This document shows, piece by piece, positions 57,752-64,000 of a DNA stretch of 64,000 nt. Origin of the DNA: Candidatus Yonathbacteria bacterium RIFCSPLOWO2_01_FULL_43_27. GTDB lineage: Bacteria > Patescibacteriota > Minisyncoccia > Phycocordibacterales > UBA1550. The notes under the pieces are model-generated. The model was given only the letters and a program-made list of their open reading frames with translations, did no database searches and was not told where the DNA came from. The position numbers and the translations under genes were made by a program. The DNA lies in NCBI GenBank assembly GCA_001823545.1, contig MHUV01000003.1, forward strand, positions 6,718 to 70,717, in the 5' to 3' direction. Positions within the stretch are counted from its first letter, which is position 1; each line of letters opens with the position of its first letter.

Positions 57752-58114
57752 CTAAAAGTGGTTTATCAAAAGAAGAATACCGATAATAGAGGTAACCACC
57801 ACGGTAAAAAGAACATACCCTGCCATCGTATCTTTTATCTTGCCAATCACCGGGTCAAAACTTGGTTCTATCTTGTTGCAAATGTCTTCAATTGCAGTAT
57901 TTACAATTTCCGCAGAAAGTACCGCGCCAATACACCCAAGCAGGATGACCCACTCAATAATTGAAAAGCGAAGAATGCCCGCACCTACGACCAAGACAAG
58001 TCCGATAACCAATTCGATACGAAAACTGAGTTCTTCGCGCCATACTGTGCGAAGTCCGTTCATTGCCCACCCAAAGCTCTTGATAAGTTTGTTCATCATT
58101 AATAATAATACCAA
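57752..58114 (-). CDS. dgkA: Diacylglycerol / undecaprenol kinase, prokaryotic DgkA family
   Basis: 120 aa with three TM helices; WREELSFRIE and AEIVNTAIE motifs. Confidence 0.7.
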   Translation of the reverse strand: MVLLLMMNKLIKSFGWAMNGLRTVWREELSFRIELVIGLVLVVGAGILRFSIIEWVILLGCIGAVLSAEIVNTAIEDICNKIEPSFDPVIGKIKDTMAGYVLFTVVVTSIIGILLLINHF

Positions 58115-58149
58115 AAACCACCTTCGAACAAAAGGTGGCTCTCGGTATG

Positions 58150-58320
58150 TTTATTAGCGACGTAGAGCGAGTGAAATGAGAAAGTAATCTTTCTTATTTC
58201 CGAGCCGAGAAGCCAATACAAGGGTATAATACCCCGCCCCTCTGGGGCGGTAAATGTGTGAGAAGCGAATACATTTTGACCGGGGCTTTGCCCCGGGGTA
58301 AATACCGCTTTTATCTATAC
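58150..58320. repeat. Short-variant copy (inverted relative to 28841) of the intergenic GC-hairpin repeat family
   Basis: ttagcgacgtagagcgagtgaaatgagaaagtaatctttcttatttc...ccgcccctctggggcgg...gaccggggctttgccccgg...taccgctttt. Confidence 0.65.
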
Positions 58321-58326
58321 TCGATA

Positions 58327-60120
58327 TTAATTCTCTTGTGTTTCAATTGGTTCAACAATCGATGATGGAGCGGTCGTCGGAGCAACAAACGTTCCTGTTT
58401 CTCCGGGTGGTGGTGGCATCACGGGAGGAGGATTCCACTCTCCAGAAGGCATAGTACTTCCTTCTTTATAAAACGGCATCTCGCCATCACGCGGTGGCAT
58501 ACCTTCATCACCTATCGGCGTACCATTATACGGTGGTGGTGGTGGCATGTTTCCATACTGAATATCTCTTTGCATATCAAAGGGTATCCCTTGCGCGCGA
58601 GGGTCCATCATTGGTCTGTCCTGATATTGAGGATCTATTAGTCTTCGTGGATCGAATTGAGGCCTTTCTCGTGGATGGAATAAAGATGAGGAAGTTCCCT
58701 GCCCTCCCTCAAATTTCGGAGGCATCATCTGCCCACGAAAATCCTGCGGTGGCATGTTTCCGCGCGGTCCTTCAAATTCACGCATACAAGTACTTACCGC
58801 TTGCCCGATAGCACCATCTTTACCGATCTGTGCAGTTCCTAATTCACGAAGAGCATCCTCGCCAACTTTATCTTTTACACATTCCTCAACCTGAGGAGGG
58901 AACATTTTTCCTTGGGGACGACCTTGCATAAAGGGCGCACCTCCACGAGGTGATGAAGTACTGCCCCCTTGTATGAACGGCACACCAAAACCTTCTCCGT
59001 CAGGACGCATCATTCCCGGGAATCCCATTCCTTGTGGCGCACCCTCTCTTTGTTCGTTCGGAGCACCTAAAACGCTTTCAAAACAACCGCGCATCTTCTC
59101 GCCAAAATCACGTTTGGGTGTTTGTCTGCCTGCGATCATTTGATCAAGAGCATCCTTCCCGACGACTCCCTCAAGACATTGTTTAATCTCGGCAGGTGCG
59201 TTCACAATCCCCTCTCTAAAACGCGTAAGACCCTCTTCCATCCGCGCTTTATCTTCAGGTCTGACAAGATCGTGTTCTTCAGCAAACTGCATACATTCGT
59301 CTTGATGTTCACTGCAGTATGTGTCGCATTGTTCCTTACCACGACATCCGCCAGGACCTTTACCACCAGTCTTTTTGATCATCTCTAAATCTGAGGGTGG
59401 AATGAGGTCATTCTCCTCACCGAATTTCAAACACTTCTCCATTATTTCATCACTTACAGGGTTCTCACATTGCTTAAAATCTTTCGGTGATTTGAAGGGT
59501 GCCTTTCCTTCTTCAATAAGTTTAAAAACCTTCTCGGCCTGAGCTCGGTCAACATGTGGAGGTAATAACCCCGCCTTTTCTGCAAACGCAAAACATGCAC
59601 GCGCAATGCCAACATTTTTTGGTTCTTCGCACATTTGTTTACACGACTCACCACTTGTACATCCTTCAGGTAGCGCCACACCACCCGCGAGTGCCTTCAC
59701 TACTTTTTCCGCTTCTTCAAGCTCCTGCCCTTTAAGAAGTCCGTGTGATTTACCGTACGTGACACATTCATTCATATTCTCCGGAGTGTCACAATAAGTA
59801 CGACAGCTTTTCTCCGGATCAGCCGTATTCGTCGCGCAATTACCAGGACCACCATCTTTCATGGCGATCTCTTTGCGGTCCATGCGCTCTTTTTGTTTCT
59901 CTTTTGCACTACCGACACCGTACGAGGCGGCAAAATCTTCACATGCATTTTGATGTTCGGAGACATCACAATATGCTTTACATGAAGTTTTGTCGGTACA
60001 TCCCCCAAGTTCAGTAATCGGGTACTCTATATCGAAAATAGATTTTGCGTATGCTGTCGTGGCGAACGCAGCAATCACGACAAACGAGCCAACAAACAAT
60101 TTATTTGAAAGGATTTTCAT
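58327..60120 (-). CDS. Secreted protein with 4-5 tandem ~45-aa Cys modules and a Pro/Gly/Met-rich low-complexity C-terminal half
   Basis: Signal peptide. Modules GGCTDKTSCKAYCDVSEHQNACEDFAASYG, GNCATNTADPEKSCRTYCDTPENMNECVTYGKSHGLL, EGCTSGESCKQMCEEPKNVGIARACFAFAEKAGLL, GGCRGKEQCDTYCSEHQDECMQFAEEHDL. Then PGMM/PPPP-rich sequence. Confidence 0.55.
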   Translation of the reverse strand: MKILSNKLFVGSFVVIAAFATTAYAKSIFDIEYPITELGGCTDKTSCKAYCDVSEHQNACEDFAASYGVGSAKEKQKERMDRKEIAMKDGGPGNCATNTADPEKSCRTYCDTPENMNECVTYGKSHGLLKGQELEEAEKVVKALAGGVALPEGCTSGESCKQMCEEPKNVGIARACFAFAEKAGLLPPHVDRAQAEKVFKLIEEGKAPFKSPKDFKQCENPVSDEIMEKCLKFGEENDLIPPSDLEMIKKTGGKGPGGCRGKEQCDTYCSEHQDECMQFAEEHDLVRPEDKARMEEGLTRFREGIVNAPAEIKQCLEGVVGKDALDQMIAGRQTPKRDFGEKMRGCFESVLGAPNEQREGAPQGMGFPGMMRPDGEGFGVPFIQGGSTSSPRGGAPFMQGRPQGKMFPPQVEECVKDKVGEDALRELGTAQIGKDGAIGQAVSTCMREFEGPRGNMPPQDFRGQMMPPKFEGGQGTSSSLFHPRERPQFDPRRLIDPQYQDRPMMDPRAQGIPFDMQRDIQYGNMPPPPPYNGTPIGDEGMPPRDGEMPFYKEGSTMPSGEWNPPPVMPPPPGETGTFVAPTTAPSSIVEPIETQEN

Positions 60121-60358
60121 ATTCGTTTTTGAAAGGATTAGTCTTTTCTAAAGGATTCACGGCAGGGACTGCAGCAGTGGCAGGATTGGTCTCTGGCGCA
60201 ACAGAAAGAGTATTTTCAACGACCTGTTCTATCGCTTGCGTGGTGTCGAGAGCTTGCTCTCTGGCTTGCTGTGTTGGACGCATAACCGTAAACCAGTACG
60301 CGACCCCAACGATTGCGATAAGGATTGCAACGATTTCTATAATCTTTTTTGTATTCAT
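60101..60358 (-). CDS. Small single-TM protein
   Basis: MNTKKIIEIVAILIAIVGVAYWF...; C-terminal NPFK repeats. Start chosen at the internal ATG to avoid the long upstream overlap. Confidence 0.3.
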   Translation of the reverse strand: MNTKKIIEIVAILIAIVGVAYWFTVMRPTQQAREQALDTTQAIEQVVENTLSVAPETNPATAAVPAVNPLEKTNPFKNEYENPFK

Positions 60359-60518
60359 ATTTTCATTAAAAGTGCTTGTGTCTAGTAATACCGTATATTG
60401 TATCGCCAATGCGGAAGATATGCGAGGATCGTTGTCCACACCCCACCACCCACCATCGGCAAAGTCATACAAGATGGTTGCATTTTTAGTGAATTTTAGT
60501 ATTATACCTATTACATAT

Positions 60519-60591
60519 TCCGTGATAGCTCAGTCGGTAGAGCGCCTCGCTGTTAACGAGGATGTCCCAGGTTCGAGCCCTGGTCACGGAG
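60519..60591 (+). tRNA. trnN: tRNA-Asn (anticodon GTT)
   Basis: TCCGTGA-TA-GCTC-AGTCGGTA-GAGC-G-CCTCG-CTGTTAA-CGAGG-ATGTC-CCAGG-TTCGAGC-CCTGG-TCACGGA-G; 73 nt. Confidence 0.9.
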
Positions 60592-60604
60592 CAAAAACAG
60601 TTAT

Positions 60605-60640
60605 GCCCCCGATATGAAAATATCGGGGGTTTACTGTTTT
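60605..60640 (+). terminator. Intrinsic terminator immediately after tRNA-Asn
   Basis: gcccccgatat-gaaaa-tatcgggggt followed by ttactgtttt. Confidence 0.7.
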
Positions 60641-60940
60641 CTCACGTGACCAGGGCTCGAAAGACGGAGGTCGCGAAGCCGATTTGAGCAAAGCGAAAAT
60701 CGTAGACCGAGTCGGGGTCGAGAGTACTTATGAGCAAAGCGAATTAGTAACTCGTGACCGCGCCCTGGTCGGCAAGCATTGATTAAGGGCTCGAACGCCG
60801 GAGCTATACCGAGCGAGCTACTCCGTGCGTCCGCACGGACGCTCTAGGAGCACAAAAGGTAGCGAGGCGGTGCCCAGACCGAGGCGAGTGACGACGAGCT
60901 GAGAGTCGAGGGAGAGATCCCTGGTTGTGTGGTTAGCAAA
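60641..60940. repeat. GC-rich repeat-rich non-coding island downstream of tRNA-Asn
   Basis: An inverted copy of the tRNA-Asn 3' end (cgtgaccagggctcgaa at 60645..60661, 17/18 match). Internal repeats gagcaaagcgaa (x2) and gtgacc(ag/gc)g..cctgg. Shares words (gagtgacgacga, cgagcgagc, gaccgag) with the tRNA-Trp island. Confidence 0.55.
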
Positions 60941-60941
60941 A

Positions 60942-60984
60942 AACACCCATACGAATATGGGTGTTTTTTGCTACCTTGAATAAG
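60942..60984. terminator. Perfect 16-bp palindromic hairpin, bidirectional-terminator-like
   Basis: gcaaaaaacacccata-cgaa-tatgggtgttttttgc. Confidence 0.6.
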
Positions 60985-61034
60985 ATTCAAACCTATTGAC
61001 ATTAGTGAACGGCTCACATATAGTATAAATATCA

Positions 61035-61568
61035 CTACGAAAGAGACCCTGATGTAGATACGTCTACATTGGGGGCTTTTTCTTTTAATCTCACGGTAGA
61101 AAATTTATGATAATGTTCGTTCAAAAACGTTATTTCAATATTTTTATTTTTTAACAAAATAGAGCACTTCTTTTCGTCGGGAGCTACGACACGATTAATT
61201 ACTTTGTTGTCTTGCAAAAACTGTACCAAACACCCAAAATCACCATCACCTGTTACTAAGATACAAGAAGTAAATGCTTTCATATAAAAATCGGAAACTG
61301 TCTTGAGCACCAATTCCGCGTCACAATTACCTTTAACCGTTCCTTCAAATGAAACTGTTTGTTTAAAAACAAGAATAAAACCACACTCCTGAAGATACTC
61401 GTAAAAGGATGTCCTGCTTGGAACAAGGCCAATAAAAAGATAGACGTTCGCTGGATTATATTTTTGACGAAGCCATCCGCGAAACTTTTTATAGTCTATT
61501 TCAAAACTAAGCTCTTTTGCTGAGCGATAGAGATTATTTCCATCAATATAAATATTGATTTTATTCAT
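61035..61568 (-). CDS. NYN/LabA-like domain protein (putative RNase)
   Basis: IYIDGNNLY and VTGDGDF motifs, with PIN-like spacing. Confidence 0.65.
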   Translation of the reverse strand: MNKINIYIDGNNLYRSAKELSFEIDYKKFRGWLRQKYNPANVYLFIGLVPSRTSFYEYLQECGFILVFKQTVSFEGTVKGNCDAELVLKTVSDFYMKAFTSCILVTGDGDFGCLVQFLQDNKVINRVVAPDEKKCSILLKNKNIEITFLNEHYHKFSTVRLKEKAPNVDVSTSGSLS

Positions 61569-61707
61569 TACATAATTTTAACACACAAAGCCTAATTGTT
61601 TCCATCGATAATTACTTGCCAAAGTGCAGTCTTAGTCGCACGTCTATATTCATATATTTCCCCTCCCCTTGCTATTTATCCATTAAAAGTGCAGACTCCT
61701 CTTATCT

Positions 61708-62154
61708 ATGACAAAATACAATAAACCAAGCAGTGGGAAGAGTTTTGGCGAGAAGAGAAGCAAGCCTTCATTTGGCGGTAGCCGTTCTGGTGCATCGAGT
61801 TTCAGTAAGAAAAATTGGAGTGGAAGTAGATCGAGTGATGGCCCTGTCACCCTCCACAAAGCAACTTGTTCCGAATGCAATAAAGTATGCGAAGTACCTT
61901 TTCGGCCAATGAGCGGAAAGCCTGTCTACTGCAAAAATTGCTTTAACCCTGCAGGGGGAAGTTCTCGGGATGACAGAAGTGGAGACCGATTTCAAAAGAA
62001 AGAATTCAGTCCACGTAGCTCATACACTCCTCGTTCTGAAAACAGTACGGACAACAATGGTGCAATAATGAAGCAGTTAGAACTCATCAACACTAAACTC
62101 GAAAAACTAGCACGCACCGTAGAGTCTTTGACGAAGAAAAATTCAGACGAATAG
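61708..62154 (+). CDS. Ser/Gly/Arg-rich protein with a CxxC-x17-CxxC zinc ribbon and a C-terminal coiled-coil
   Basis: N-terminal low-complexity SFGEKRSKPSFGGSRSGASSFSKKNWSGSRSS. ATCSECNKVCEVPFRPMSGKPVYCKNCF. C-terminal IMKQLELINTKLEKLARTVESL. Confidence 0.45.
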   Translation: MTKYNKPSSGKSFGEKRSKPSFGGSRSGASSFSKKNWSGSRSSDGPVTLHKATCSECNKVCEVPFRPMSGKPVYCKNCFNPAGGSSRDDRSGDRFQKKEFSPRSSYTPRSENSTDNNGAIMKQLELINTKLEKLARTVESLTKKNSDE

Positions 62155-62199
62155 AGCATTAAAAATGCATATTGGTTATTTTTTAAAAATTAAATTGTT

Positions 62200-62382
62200 A
62201 TGAAAATAATTAAAGTAACACACACATTACTTGCCCTCGTATCAGGAGTGCTTCTCATAGGGTACGGTGGTTGGGATGACAGCCCTGGTGCTCAAGGTAT
62301 CGGGCTTCTTACCATCATCGGGAGTATCATACTGATTGTATCTATGTACCGAAATTCAAGAAAGGTAAAAGATCTCCGCTAA
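62200..62382 (+). CDS. Small two-TM membrane protein
   Basis: 60 aa with two hydrophobic helices. Confidence 0.3.
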   Translation: MKIIKVTHTLLALVSGVLLIGYGGWDDSPGAQGIGLLTIIGSIILIVSMYRNSRKVKDLR

Positions 62383-62485
62383 ATTCTTACCGCCCATACT
62401 TCCCTGACAAAAAAGCCGCTACGACATAAGCACGGATTATTAAGACATCCTGATGTTATATTTTCCAATGTGGCAAACCGGAAAG

Positions 62486-63103
62486 TTAGAACCCCAGTTT
62501 TTCATTCACAAAAATAACGTGAGATTTGCGTCCCATAAACGGCTGTTCTTTGTTAATGACCAGCATTTTGGAAATATAACTGCCACCCATACCGACTGAT
62601 TTCATGCGCTCGTCCTCCAGCGGGTATACGTATTCTTTAAGGCGAGCGATTGCCGTATCAAGATCAGATGTAATTTTTTGTAAACCGACAACAAAGATGA
62701 GATTGGGAGATGTAAAGACGAGATGAGGAAGCTGACTGCCGGAATTGGAGGCGACAACGATTTCGCCTGTTTCCGTAACGGCATGCGCACTGCCTAAGTA
62801 AAAATCAGACAAGACTGATTGCTTACGAAGCTCAGCTTGTTTTATATGATCCTTTTCGGCAAGGATAGTCGCGTGCAGATTGTTCCATCCGTGCTTACCT
62901 TCCCTGAGATAGTCAACAAAGCCTATTTCCTCAAGCGTACGGGATGATCCATTCATTACTGATGCGCCATGGGGTATCAATGTTTTGATTTTTTCGAGCG
63001 CTTCAACACGAGATTCTACAAATTCCGGCAAATGACCGCGCTCTTTAAGTGAGGCCATCGTCTTTTGAATTGATTCTTTTGATGCGAGTATGTTGTATTT
63101 CAT
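62486..63103 (-). CDS. LUD-domain protein (LutC/YkgG-like)
   Basis: Overall LUD_dom pattern: a C-terminal GxGxxG-like MGGSYIS and conserved Arg/His positions. Roughly 205 aa. Confidence 0.6.
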   Translation of the reverse strand: MKYNILASKESIQKTMASLKERGHLPEFVESRVEALEKIKTLIPHGASVMNGSSRTLEEIGFVDYLREGKHGWNNLHATILAEKDHIKQAELRKQSVLSDFYLGSAHAVTETGEIVVASNSGSQLPHLVFTSPNLIFVVGLQKITSDLDTAIARLKEYVYPLEDERMKSVGMGGSYISKMLVINKEQPFMGRKSHVIFVNEKLGF

Positions 63104-63447
63104 AACTTTTATTGATTATGTTTGCGTGCTAAATTTGTTGCCAGTTTTTTGAGCAATCCGGCCATACAGGAAACATTAACCGAATACAGCACACCTCTTG
63201 GTCTTGTCGCTCATCCTCGACTAAATTGGCGGACTAAAAGACTTTAAGGTGTTGAGACACGGCTGATTGAGAGAGGTTAATCTTCGTGACGATTTCTTTA
63301 CATAAGTCTGTTATATACAAATATTAGAATATCGTAATATATAATGCAATGGCCTTTTGTCTGAGTAAATACCTTTGTGCTAAGTTCGCAATTATGATCG
63401 AAGGTAAACTATTTGCGCTGGTCTTGTGTGGGGTATATTATTAATAT

Positions 63448-64000
63448 ATGCAATTAAATCCATTGACTCCAGAGGAAGAAAATGTGATAGAAAGGAAAGG
63501 AACGGAAAAGCCTTTTTCTGGACAATATGACAATTTTACTCGAGAGGGTATCTATCTCTGTCGACGGTGTAACTCCCCTCTTTATGAATCTAAAGATAAA
63601 TTTGACGCGCATTGCGGTTGGCCAAGCTTTGATAATGAAATAGAGGGTGCAGTAAAAAGACAGGTTGATAAGGACGGTTTGCGGACGGAAATAATTTGTG
63701 CCACGTGCGGAGCTCATCTTGGACACGTATTTGAAGGAGAGAACATGACAGAGAATAATGTCAGGCATTGTGTGAATTCTCTCTCGATGCAATTTATACC
63801 AACAGAATTTGGAGAGAACGAGGATCATTCCGCTGTTTTTGCCGGAGGGTGCTTCTGGTGTTTAGAGGCAGTGTTTAAGGAAATTAAAGGAGTGTCGTTG
63901 GTGATACCCGGATACTCTGGCGGACATATTTCAAATCCGAATTATGAGAGAGTAAAGAAAGGTGACACCGGCCATGCCGAATCAGTAGAGATAAAATACG
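63448..64000 (+). CDS. msrAB: Peptide methionine sulfoxide reductase MsrB-MsrA fusion; 3' partial, runs off the window end
   Basis: Manual translation: MsrB zinc and catalytic motifs CRRCNSPLY...HCGWPSF...[12 protein letters not shown]...RHCVNS, followed by the MsrA active site [13 protein letters not shown]...GYSGG. Confidence 0.85.
   Translation, partial: MQLNPLTPEEENVIERKGTEKPFSGQYDNFTREGIYLCRRCNSPLYESKDKFDAHCGWPSFDNEIEGAVKRQVDKDGLRTEIICATCGAHLGHVFEGENMTENNVRHCVNSLSMQFIPTEFGENEDHSAVFAGGCFWCLEAVFKEIKGVSLVIPGYSGGHISNPNYERVKKGDTGHAESVEIKY

Noticed and set aside
60844-61035. ORF 60844-61035 (-) inside the tRNA-Asn GC-rich island
   Set aside because: It overlaps the repeat island and the terminal palindrome, has no RBS and is low complexity.
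63104-63447. ~340-bp intergenic region upstream of msrBA, considered as a riboswitch or ncRNA
   Set aside because: No recognisable riboswitch consensus or strong conserved hairpins. Left unannotated.
63454-63828. ORF on the minus strand at the window end
   Set aside because: Antisense to the clearly recognisable msrB-msrA reading frame.

Overview
This 64-kb window reads like a small-genome, low-GC, gene-dense Candidate Phyla Radiation/Patescibacteria-type bacterium; that assignment is an inference from gene content and style. Many proteins have TM-anchored N-termini, and most genes are on the minus strand in back-to-back operons.

Features called:
- Housekeeping genes: leuS, mnmA, tgt, ychF, uvrA/uvrB/uvrC, rlmH, an RsuA-like pseudouridine synthase, ribosomal proteins S16/L33/L21, an msrB-msrA fusion (3' partial), a GatB/YqeY protein and RmuC.
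- Envelope genes: L,D-transpeptidase, MltG, acyltransferase-3, PlsC, DgkA.
- A copper P1B-ATPase with a cluster of candidate metal-handling proteins.
- An ECF sigma / anti-sigma / Ca-binding secreted protein operon.
- A MacB/FtsX-type ABC transporter preceded by a receiver domain that lacks the phospho-acceptor Asp.
- An alpha-glucan cluster: ROK kinase, GH15, GH57, GT4.
- Two tRNAs, tRNA-Trp(CCA) and tRNA-Asn(GTT).
- A partial Gmad2-domain gene at the window start, and a ribosomal L33 gene missed by the >=60-aa ORF track.

Most notable observations:
1. The LeuS ORF carries a ~145-aa insertion with a perfect Nudix box between two universally conserved LeuS blocks.
2. A family of GC-rich, hairpin-rich intergenic repeat elements occurs in at least five copies with conserved termini and variable cores.
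3. Both tRNA genes are followed by GC-rich, repeat-rich non-coding islands that contain an inverted copy of that tRNA's own 3' end and share word content; no clean protein gene sits in either.
4. A pseudo-receiver (Asp replaced by Gly) sits directly upstream of an ABC ATPase whose C-terminal extension is an internally duplicated module.
5. Several unusual Cys-repeat secreted or small proteins are present.

No cas genes, integrase, transposase or CRISPR array were recognisable.
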